64,000 nucleotides of DNA from Trypanosoma brucei (Eukaryota). Both the position numbers and the translations under genes were made by a program. The notes under the pieces were generated by a model. That model searched no databases. It was not told where the DNA came from and saw only the letters and a program-made list of their open reading frames with translations. The stretch spans positions 1,568,001 through 1,632,000 of the forward strand of contig CP000071.1 in the NCBI GenBank assembly GCA_000002445.1. The letters are read 5' to 3'. Shown here piece after piece: positions 11,640 through 21,545 of the stretch; position 1 is the first letter of the stretch, and the number at the start of each line of letters is the position of its first letter.

Positions 11640-13889
11640 GGTAAGTGCACCTATTAGTGAAAGATGATAGGGAGTGCAGTTGGAAAACTGAATGTTCGCT
11701 CATCCCTCCGTGGCATGCTTCCCCTTTTCTTCTGCACATGCGCGTATGGGTGTTGATGATGTATTTATATATTTAGGAATGATATAACGCATTTTTGCAA
11801 CCCTATCAGAATGTAGGGGGGGGGGGATGTAGTGTTTCATTTGAAACAATACGTGGAGCAACTAGGGAGGGTAGTGCAGAAGCAGGAGAGGGGAGTGATT
11901 GGCTCGCGTGTGTTGTACTTCTGCGGGTTGGTGTTGGAGTGGGCTTTGAGTGGGTCGCCCTCCAGTGCAATTAGCGCATTTGTGGATGCACAGGGCAGTC
12001 GCGTGCATGTGTGCATTGGCATAGTAGATCTTGCGATTGTGGTGTTAAATGCAAGCACAATCTTATATGTAACCCCTTAAAACACCACGCTGTAGATAAC
12101 AATCAAAAGGTTTACTTCATCCAATGTCATCATTTATTATTTATGATCCTTGTTTTTTTTTCCCCGTCTGTGTGCGTGTGATTGTGTCTTCTGGCCCCCT
12201 CAACTCGGATTTGTCACGTAATGAGCTCTTTTTCTTTTTGATTAAACAGAGCCGTTCGGAACCCCCTCCCCTGCGTATGCTGCTGGCCGGCTGATCCTTG
12301 ATCACATATACAAGCTGAGGGGTGAGGGCACACAGTCATAATCACGGAGGGAAATATGATAAAAAGCATAATAAGATAGTTTATGTTGTGGGCGAACCTG
12401 CTGGTACCCCAACAGTCGTTGAACATAATTATGCTTCGCGATGTGGACCTCAAAACTCTCCTATTCTTCTTTTTGTAGTCTTTTTTTTAGTTTTTCGTCC
12501 TGTCTTCCTTCTTGAACTGTTAGGTTGTATCGGGAAATGTATATTTAAATGGCACAAGTGCAGCAGGAAATGGAATGGAACGGTAGGGGCGAGGGAAGGG
12601 AAGGGAAACGAAGGAAAAGAGAGCGGAATATTATGTGGCGAAGGGTGTTGGGACCAAATATTCCTCCTCGTGGGGGCATATGTCAAGAGAAGGTGGGAAA
12701 AGAGTGAGAGAAAAAAGAAGAGGAAAAGCAATATTAGTGAATGATTGGTTCTTGTCACCTGCCTGCCTTACGCGCATATAGGTGCCTACTAAACATTTCC
12801 TATTTGCCTAACTTTTACACGTGTTGTCCCACCTGATGAATGTGGACGAAGAATGAAAGAAGTTGGTGAATAAATTTTCTTCTTTTTTTTTTTGAAAAAA
12901 AAAGTGATGGGCAAAGGAAATTTTGACCCTTTTAACTCACTGTTTGGCATTCGCTTCTCCATCTTTTGTTATCTTTTTTCCTCTATCATTTTCCGCACCT
13001 TTTCTTTAAACGTGCGTATGAGAGTGAAATATTTTCCCTTGTTTCACCCCCTCCCTTCCTCTACAGCCACCACTGTTTCCGTCTTGTGGCGCAGTCACTT
13101 CGCGGGGTTTCTCTCCCTTTTTTGTTTTTTTCTTAATATCCCATGTAAAGTTTGCCGTAACACTTCTGGTTGTTTCTCTTGTTTTGCAATTGTATCTTTG
13201 TTCCTGAGGGAGATTAGCCTTGTTGTTTCGTTACCTTACTGTATGTGACCTTTTGGTGCTACTCTTACCACGGCTTTCGGTGCCGGTGTGTTTTTTTTGT
13301 TTTCGTCACCCAGGTGCATGAGTTGTGGAAGCGGGGGAGCGGCTGCTGCTCTGCAATACAAAAGCAGTGTTGCAATGCTGAACACATAATTGTAATACCA
13401 TGTGAAATCCCACTTATCCTGTTGCAGGTCACACCTTTGGTTTTTGCGTTGGGCTACGAAGTTATTGTTTCTTCTTGTTTTTATTTTCCCCTTCCGCCTT
13501 TCGTTTGCGCTGCTCACAAACACGCATGCATGTAATTTTAAAGTGGTGCGCACCAATACCGGCACTCGTTGGACAGAAGGGGAAGTGGAGGAAGGCGTCA
13601 GATTACTTCCTCTTTTCCCTTTTTGCCACATACACGCACACACAGAGTGCTCGGTCCTGCGGAAACGTGGTGCATCTGTCTTTGTAGAAGGACGGGGGAA
13701 AGGTTGCGGAAAGAAGATAAGGAGGTAAGAAAGTATCGTATAACACCGACACCAGGGACTGGAAGAAACAAAAGAAAAAGAGGGCGTTGAGGAGGCGGTA
13801 TACGCGTGCGAATACACGCAAGATAACAATCGTACACGCGCGCGCACACACACACACATATATATATATATCTGCACTGGTGTGGAGCT

Positions 13890-14936
13890 ATGCGATTTGT
13901 TTCTCGACGACTGTCGTTTCTTTCGCCTCCAATAATACCGCTTCCTAAACCTGCACCGACAGCGGACGCGAAACCTTTCTTTGCACCCTCCAGCAATGAG
14001 AAGGGCAGCGCCGCTTTTGCGTCACCCTCCACGAAACATCAAACATATGTGAAGAAGAATGCGACATCATCAAGCGGTGCTGCTACGTTGGAGTCAGCGA
14101 CAGCTAAGGCTACACGTAGCGCCCAGGCCACGGGAGAGCCATGCACTAAATTTAACGGCAGTAGCACAAACGGTACGAGGAGAAGCGGTGACAACTGTGC
14201 TGCGGAGAAGGTGCATCATTTGCCAAGGTTCCTTTCACCCGACAACATAATTAAGCGTGTAGCCACACCGGCACTGTTTGCCGCCTCTATTGTCGCCGAT
14301 ACCTTGAACGCACCGGCTGCGTTGAGCGGTGGTTCTTCAGCAGTAAATGAGGAAGGTGGTCTCCAGAAATACGTAGAGCACTGTATGTTAGGCTGGTCTC
14401 CCAGTGAACTTTACAATGTTGTGGCTGATGTGTCGCAGTATAGCGTTTTCTTGCCGTGGTGTTTAGATTCCACCGTGCATCAAGTGGGCCCACTGGGCAC
14501 TACAGAAACAGCGTCTGAGACGGCTAATGGCAACGCTAATGTCAGTGGCAATGACAATGGCAATGGTGTAGCACCTGCTACGTTGGAAATGTTGGCGACG
14601 TTAACTGTAGGGTTTTCTTTTTTCAGGGAGAAATACACCTCGCGGGTGCTGCTCGATCCGCACAAGCGAGTAGAGGCGATGCTCACGGAGGATGAACACA
14701 AGAAGCGCCCCGCAGCCCTCAGGAATCTGAAATGTGTATGGGAGTTTCACGAGGTTCCAGATTCCCCTCGTAAAGTGGAGGTGCGCTTCCTCGTGAGCTT
14801 CGCTTTCAAGAACCCCATGTACTCCAAACTTATTATGTCACATGTGGTGTCCATTATGACGACGAGCTTCGAAAAACACTGTGAAGTGTTGTATGGACCA
14901 CCCAGCTGTGTGCGAGTGCATCTGCCGCACAACTAA
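13890..14936 (+). CDS. COQ10-like START/SRPBCC-domain protein (putative mitochondrial coenzyme Q-binding protein)
   Basis: The segment YVEHCMLGWSPSELYNVVADVSQYSVFLPWCLDSTV matches the conserved COQ10/polyketide-cyclase START core (Y..R..L.YSPEQMFDVVA.V..Y..F.PWC..S.V). The N-terminus MRFVSRRLSFLSP is presequence-like. An Asn/Gly-rich low-complexity insert is present. Confidence 0.7.
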   Translation: MRFVSRRLSFLSPPIIPLPKPAPTADAKPFFAPSSNEKGSAAFASPSTKHQTYVKKNATSSSGAATLESATAKATRSAQATGEPCTKFNGSSTNGTRRSGDNCAAEKVHHLPRFLSPDNIIKRVATPALFAASIVADTLNAPAALSGGSSAVNEEGGLQKYVEHCMLGWSPSELYNVVADVSQYSVFLPWCLDSTVHQVGPLGTTETASETANGNANVSGNDNGNGVAPATLEMLATLTVGFSFFREKYTSRVLLDPHKRVEAMLTEDEHKKRPAALRNLKCVWEFHEVPDSPRKVEVRFLVSFAFKNPMYSKLIMSHVVSIMTTSFEKHCEVLYGPPSCVRVHLPHN

Positions 14937-15660
14937 TGCATCTTCCTGTAGGGGACATACACATTAAATGCATACGTAAGACATATAGCGGTGCGACTGG
15001 AATATTCCCCTGCCCTTGTATGTGTATTTACAAGGTTCGACTAAAAGAGAGATGTAGCAGCGGTGTCATTGGGACGAGGTGGAGCCAATAAATGAACCAG
15101 TGAACATGCTTTCGGAACAGTTCATGTGGCTCAGCGAGCGAACGTTGCGCGTGGTTGCGGAAAGAAGAGGCACCCCTTGTGGTTTTCTCATTCCCATGAT
15201 TATTCTCTGCAGTGTATGGACGGGACTGCTCTGCTGTGTCAGAAAGAAAGAGTAGAGAAGAAAAAAAAGGGGAGTGCACCATCCGATGTGTCGCTTGTGC
15301 CTCAGTCGCTCCTCACACTGGGCCAACGTTGGAACCGCAGTCGCTCTGGCGTAGTCAAATGTCCAAAAGCGGGTGCAGACCTTCCGTAGGGTCGAGGGAT
15401 GATGACAACGTTTGTTCCTTAAGGTAATAATTGATAGTAGTAACCGATCGCAGACATACTCTTTTGTGCGCCTTTTTTGCGGGCTCCCGACTCTTTTAGA
15501 GCAAACCTTGTCCATTTTTTACCCTTATCACTACGTTATTGTCTAAAAATTTTTTCCTTCCTCCTCTCCATTTTCTTCTTCTCCCCATCTTTATTTTAAT
15601 CATATATTTTCATTTTTTATTTTTATATATTTCTGAATTTTCTCCCTCTTAATTGAGAAG

Positions 15661-16062
15661 ATGCCGTTGGGCACTGATGGCACCCCTCAGCGGCAACAAC
15701 AACAACGCAAATCAACTGTGGATTCCGCAGTGGCGCTGATTGAGTCCGATAGCGAGTTGATGGCACTTTTCTTCCGCCACATTTCCGCATGTCCACCTCA
15801 TGGACCCTTCAAACACTACAGCGCTCTCACCTTTACGGAGCGCGTGAGGCATTGGTTTCCAACGCATGCACCGGCAAGAGCAGCAGAGATGGGCGACGCC
15901 ATCACGCCCGCAGTTGTACTGCAGTTAATGGAAAAATATTATGACACAAAACATCTTCGGAGCTGGCCGCTGTTGTACGTTCCGGCGCAAATACACCTGA
16001 AAGACGTGGATGCACTTATTGAGAAACAAGAGTCTCTGAAACCTGAACGGGCCACTGACTGA
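15661..16062 (+). CDS. hypothetical small protein (133 aa)
   Basis: ORF on the cluster strand between two supported genes. No recognised domain. Confidence 0.4.
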   Translation: MPLGTDGTPQRQQQQRKSTVDSAVALIESDSELMALFFRHISACPPHGPFKHYSALTFTERVRHWFPTHAPARAAEMGDAITPAVVLQLMEKYYDTKHLRSWPLLYVPAQIHLKDVDALIEKQESLKPERATD

Positions 16063-16469
16063 GTGGGTGAGGACGCTGCTTATGTGCGCCCTCCCTTCCA
16101 GCATACGGATAGGACGAAAAGAAAAAAGACGCCACCTTGAGGAGGACCCTTTCTCCCTTTTATTGCGGTTCATATTACCAAAAAGTTTGCTCTTTATCCG
16201 CTTCCCCAGCGTCCGCTCCAGCCTGCATCACAGGGCATATGACTGATGCACGTTTCTCAAACTTCGCAATCCTCCTTCTCTTTTTATTCTGTCACCTTCA
16301 CCCTCTTTTCCCGGCATCACTGCACGCCACCTCTCTTGAAAAATTGGTGTGACAGCTTGAGCTTCGCCCCAACAACCGCGCGCGGCGCCTCTCTGGGATA
16401 GTTATTGCAGCAGAATTTTGAAGTAGGGGCGGTAGTCGTCTTATTGTTTTTTTTGTTATTATTAACTGA

Positions 16470-17141
16470 ATGGAAGGTCCTTTCCTCAGCCGCTCCATTC
16501 AATACGTGGAGCGGTGGCTCGCTGAGATTGTGGCAACCAAAGGCACACGAGCAGCGGCAACAGGAAGCAGCGAGAAAGCCGTGGCGCAAAAGCGAGGGAA
16601 GGCGACTGCCACTGCGGCTGCTGAAACGGGTGCCACTAGTATGTCAAAGTGTCGTTTTGTTGTCGGCAGGGTGAATAGCGTCCGCCCGCATCCCGAGAGT
16701 CAAAAACTTTACATTGAGGAGATCGACTTGGGAGAGGAGGGGGGAAAATGCCGCACCATCCTCAGCGGTTTGCAGGAATACGTCAAGCAAGAAGATTTTC
16801 TCAACCGCCTTGTGCTCGTCATCGCCAACCTTGAGCCACGGAAGATTGGTGGTATACCATCGGAGGGAATGGTCCTCTGCGCCTCATGCAATGATGAGGG
16901 CTCGCGGTCAGTTGTGTTGCTGGACGTACCTGAGGGGACGCCGGTTGGTGAGCGCATTTTGTTTGAAGGTCATGAGGGGCCATACGAGCCCGTACTGAAA
17001 AAGAAACTCGCCAAACACTTCGAGGAGGTGGCAGCAGAACTGCGCACAAACGATAAGGGTGAAGTGGTATGGCGTGACATGCCATTTCGGACGAGTTGTG
17101 GGATCATCACGGCAAGCATCCCCAACGGTAGCGTTTCATAG
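16470..17141 (+). CDS. tRNA-binding domain protein (EMAP-II / Arc1p C-terminal / Trbp111-like)
   Basis: RFVVGRVNSVRPHPESQKLYIEEIDLGEEGGKCRTILSGLQEYVKQEDFLNRLVLVIANLEPRKIGGIPSEGMVLCA matches the OB-fold tRNA-binding domain consensus (G.I..V..HP.AD.LY...ID.GE...R.VVSGL.......L..R.VVV..NLKP....G..S.GM.LCA). Confidence 0.85.
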   Translation: MEGPFLSRSIQYVERWLAEIVATKGTRAAATGSSEKAVAQKRGKATATAAAETGATSMSKCRFVVGRVNSVRPHPESQKLYIEEIDLGEEGGKCRTILSGLQEYVKQEDFLNRLVLVIANLEPRKIGGIPSEGMVLCASCNDEGSRSVVLLDVPEGTPVGERILFEGHEGPYEPVLKKKLAKHFEEVAAELRTNDKGEVVWRDMPFRTSCGIITASIPNGSVS

Positions 17142-19503
17142 ACTCGGCATGTATTTGGCTTATCTCTGTGATTGTCATTAATAACAGCCAATGAAGCAAG
17201 ACGATCTGATGGGGCGGAGGCACTAGAAGGGTAGGAAAGTAAGAAATGTGTGAAGTGACGGAGGGACTCCTTCCACGCTATTTGTTTGATAAACCTAATA
17301 GTTTCTGCTCAACCACGTAAATTTGAATGGCGAGGACGCCCCAACTGTCCGTACGTGCATACACAGGCAGTGGGAACCGTTTGTGGGCAGAAGGAAGCAA
17401 AGCGGCCACACCCCATTCGCAATCGCGCACATTCCACCAAATGTGGCCCACGCCGCCGTCATTCCCTTTTAGGTCTCACTCACTCACTGACGCAACGTTA
17501 CCGGCGTTTCTGGTACTCTTCTTGCATTCTACTCTTTTCTTTTCGTCTCATCTCGGTAAATTTGCCGATAGAAAAGGAAAAGCCATGACGCATCAAAAAG
17601 AAAAAAGGGGAGGTACCGATCATACGTGTGAAAGCGGTTTGGACACAATTGGGATCGCAGTATGTGCCATCCTTTTTGGAGAGAAGGGAACGAAGGGTGA
17701 CTGCCCTAAAGGGTTTCCAATGGCCATACGCCGTTTGTTTTCTGCTCCGTGAATGAATCCGCGGGCTCAACACACTGACATTGTGACGGATGGAAGCCCG
17801 CTAACCCTCATGGATAGGGGGTTATGGAGCTGGTAAATATCTGTTAGTAAGCGGCAAACACGCAAGGGATGTAAGCAAAAGTGTATATATATACATATGC
17901 ATATATATGTATTAAAAAGTGGCCAATGTGTTTCGAGATCCGGAGTCAAGGGAAGTGCAATCGCCAAGTCAACGTCGCCCGAATCTTCCCCTCCCTAAAA
18001 AAAAAAAAGCAACAACAACATAAGTGCTTGTAGGCGCTCCCTTTGGTTTCTGCGCCGCGCTGGTACTGCTGTGGGGTTCCTCGCTCATTTCCCTTTCTTG
18101 GGTCATTTCCTGTCATGCTTTCGTTCTCGGAACTCTTCTTCTCTATTTTTGGTGTGTCGCTCTCAAAGTTTCCCCCCACCAAACGCACACACATGTACCC
18201 TCGTAAACGCAAAAGCGCATCGCCACCTTTAGTTTCCTTCGCCCATTTCCCTTTTCTGGATACATCTCTAAAACAAGCGGGCAGACGGCAGTTCCATAAC
18301 GGCTGCGCGCACGCAAAATAAATGCGACTCCACCCGGTGCCTCGTTAAGTAGTAGTCCACTCCAAACCATAATGCCTGTTTGCTGTTAAGGGTGTCAGCG
18401 TGTTTAGGATGTGGAAAAGTGTTAAATGTCACGTGGGGCGACTGAATGGGGGATCAGAAGAATTGCAATAGAGGGAGGGGAGGGAATATGGTAGTGATTC
18501 AATGTCCTTTGTCCAGGGGAGGGGAAGTTGATGTTGTTAAATTATCTTAACTTGATCGAAGTGCGGGCCTCCTCGGCGGAGGAATCGTTACTGGTTGTTG
18601 TTTCGGGTAGTGATGCATTTCCTCAACGATTTTTTTTTGTCAAAGTCCCTGAAGTGTGACGACCCTTCGTCGCTCCCCGTCCTCTGCAAGATTCCTCTTC
18701 CTTATTTCTGCTTGTCCTGCGTCTGCCAGCCGCACTTCGGTTGCCTTACAGCCCCGCAAACCACACACTCATTTCTTTTGTTTCGTCCCCGGGCATCCTT
18801 CAATTGGCGCCTTCACTGATAAGGTGCATCGCACGTGGAGGGTTATTGTTTTTGTCTAGTTGAGCGTTCCCTTTCCCATGCAGATACCAAAACCCGGCGC
18901 AAAACTGCTGTTTGTTGCCGTTGGGCTGCCGTTGCAACAGCCCTTTCCACGACACCGAGGTTCGCGAAGCGGGCCCCGTGCCGGGGCAAATTTCCCCATG
19001 CCCAAATCAGCAAAAAACATGTTCCTGTTGTGTCCGTTGTTTCCAGGCGCGGTGCACAATTTTGTGTGGTATTTCACTCTGTTGTTACCCATGTTAGTCT
19101 CTCTCTCCGTCACCGACTTTGGCTCCGAAAGGACATTTGTGCTAGCGCGCGGAACCTTTTCCGCTGGGGTCGTGCTTTTTTTAGTCGCCAGCAACCCGCA
19201 GCGCTATTTCCAAAATGAGGAAAAGGCTCCTGAATTTCCGCCCCTCCACTTGCGGCAACTGTGCCGACAGGTGAAGATGTCACACTTTCCCCCCAGGGCC
19301 CACGGCGCATCCGTAGCCGTGCCCCTCACTGGTCGCAGTAACTTTGACCCCTCGAGATCAAATGTTGAGCGCATTGCTCTTTCCCTGGGCCGCCGAAAAG
19401 AATCGGCTCGTTGGAGGATTGGCCAAACGAAGCGGACGAGCGGTCGCATGCTTTTCGGCTACTAAAGTTCATTTAGAAATATATAACGGCACGCGGCTCT
19501 CAC

Positions 19504-19575
19504 GTCCGTGTGGCTCAATGGAAGAGCATCTGACTACGGATCAGAGGGTTGCAGGTTCGAATCCTGTCACGGATG
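19504..19575 (+). tRNA. tRNA-Arg (anticodon ACG)
   Basis: Folded by hand. Acceptor stem GTCCGTG/CACGGAT (7 bp, one G-U); D arm GCTC-AATGGAA-GAGC; anticodon arm TCTGA-CTACGGA-TCAGA with U33 and anticodon ACG; variable loop GGGTT; T arm GCAGG-TTCGAAT-CCTGT; discriminator G. No CCA is encoded, as expected for a eukaryote. Confidence 0.88.
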
Positions 19576-21508
19576 CTTTTCCCTCTTCAGGCGTCGCAAC
19601 CTCAAACACGCGCGAGCCTCCGTCTACTTTCCAGTAAATTTAACTTTTGCGAGCTCTTGGGTCCAATGGAAACACCGGTGCCCTTTTGATTTGAACCTTG
19701 GTTTTAATGAAACGTGTTTACAGCTTCTGGTACAAAAAGACGTGCGGGTCATGCCTTTCCCTCAGCCTCATCATTTTCGCGATGCTTTAAGGAGGAGCAA
19801 AAGAGGGAGACGGACGCCATTAAGGAGCGGTGTCCCCGGTGCCTGGTGACTCGTGGTGGGAAGTGAAGAAGGGACTAATTAAACCTTCTTCTGGAAAATG
19901 GTGACTGCCGCATCGGCTGTTTATTAACCCCTGTTTCGCATCCTCACATACGCCCCTCGGCTTCGAGGATGCGAAGCGGAGTTGCAGCCAGATCATTATG
20001 GCGCTTATTATCCTCCACACTCTACGGGGAGTCGACCCTCAGGAGAGGTTCCTTCACAAAATTCAATGAAAAAGCTGTACAAAAAAGGGAAGGAGGCGCT
20101 CCCGGGCGCGCCTTCAGAGTGATGAGGAAGAGCAAAGGGTTACCCAAACCCTGTTAATGTTTGCATTCTTACCATACGATGCGAACTGTTATTCTTTGTA
20201 ACTAAATAACCCTAAAAGTTTTATTGGTAGCGAGCGGCAAACGTCCTTTTTAAAATATGATGCTTGATTTACGCTGCTTGACTGTGTTTCGCCGGCCCTT
20301 TAGGATTGTGGTTTCGAAGAGGCACGAGTCCCCAATGCCGCCACTGAGCCGTTTACAAAAATATTTGAGGGATTGGAGAAATATATCCAAAAAGGAAAAG
20401 GCGTCACCAACGCTGTGCCTTTGAAACGGGCCGAGGCGCGGATACTTTTCCGTGTCCCCGACTCTCTTGGGTTTGTCTCAGTATCAGCAGCTGAACGCCG
20501 AAAGTTTGGGATTTATCCCTCAGGACTGGAAGCTGCCCACAGCAATAAAGGCGTGGTGGTAGACAGGCGTTACGTGCAAACGGGTTGGAGCACACTCAAT
20601 TCAGCGAGACATGCAGTGCGGTTTCCTATTCCATTCGGAAGAAAAAAATATACTTACACGCATGCAGCGGAACCCGTCATCAACTCTTACCTGGCGCACT
20701 TTCTGTCGTTCCGGAGCCGCGGTTTTTCCATCACTAACATTCCCATCACATAATCCCAACCTTTCAATTGGGATGAAATATTGCTGTCATTTTCAATAAT
20801 AAATAAGTTATCTTCCATTGACGCTCGACTAATGTTGCTAATGACCTTCCCTACAAGCAGTACGAAAACAAGCGATGTGACACATTTGTAACAGGGAATT
20901 ACGACAGGACCATCGCGTTTGCACTTGGATGAACGTTCAACTCCCCTATTCCATCCTCACCACACACACACACACACACACCACGGCAGCAGTGGTATTT
21001 GGAAAAAAAAACATGCAAAGTGGTACCTCCGCAAAAAAAAAATAATAATAAGAAAAACAAGTGAGGAAGGAGCGGAGGGAAAAGAGAGCAAGGGAAAGAT
21101 ATAAGTTAATCCAACCACATTCTCTTCACACACCCTATTTTTTTCCTTCGTTAAGTCGACCTCATCTTTACTTCAATTTCTAAGGCAAGGGAACAAATAA
21201 CTTAATTGGAGGCGTCTGCACCTCCCGTCATGTGTACCGGTACCACAGCGGTTTAACAAAAACAACAAAATTAAGTAAAGTCTCCACGGGTGAATGGCGA
21301 TCTGAGTCTTTCACCTTATACATGGCGGAGGCTAACCTGGCGCCCGCCCGTCAATATAAAAAAGGGATGCGTACGCACATATACACCACATACATACATA
21401 TACATAAATATACATAAAGTAAGCACGTAAGTGTAGAAATTTACATATATTTTAATTATATATGATGCCCAACAGACGACGATAAAGGCGGCTACACCGA
21501 CCGCCATA

Positions 21509-21545
21509 ACACACACGCACACGCACACGCACACACACACACACA
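21509..21545. repeat. (CA)n/(CACG)n microsatellite
   Basis: ACACACGCACACGCACACGCACACACACACACACA read directly. Similar (CA)n at 20958-20982, (GT)n at 3196-3212, and (AT)n at 5541-5565, 13855-13870 and 28755-28786. Confidence 0.85.

Noticed and set aside
18860-19465. 201-aa and other 60-130-aa ORFs inside the strand-switch regions (18835..19218, 18860..19465, 20373..20753, 41739..42146, 41984..42313)
   Set aside because: They have low-complexity or UTR-like composition, no domains, and lie between clusters. This region is more likely ncRNA or regulatory (see findings).
19440-19503. CUUUUCGGCUACUAAAG just upstream of the tRNA resembles the U5 snRNA loop-1 consensus (GCCUUUUACUAAAG), and the 63-nt span matches the size of trypanosome U5
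   Set aside because: No flanking complementary stem can be formed around the motif. It would also sit on the same strand abutting the tRNA, whereas trypanosomatid snRNA genes are divergent from their companion tRNA at about 100 bp. It is probably part of the tRNA 5-prime flank.
20285-20345. tRNA-like TTCGAA motif (GGATTGTGGTTTCGAAGAGGCACGAGTCCCC), checked as a possible second tRNA on either strand
   Set aside because: I could not build an acceptor, D, or T stem on either strand.
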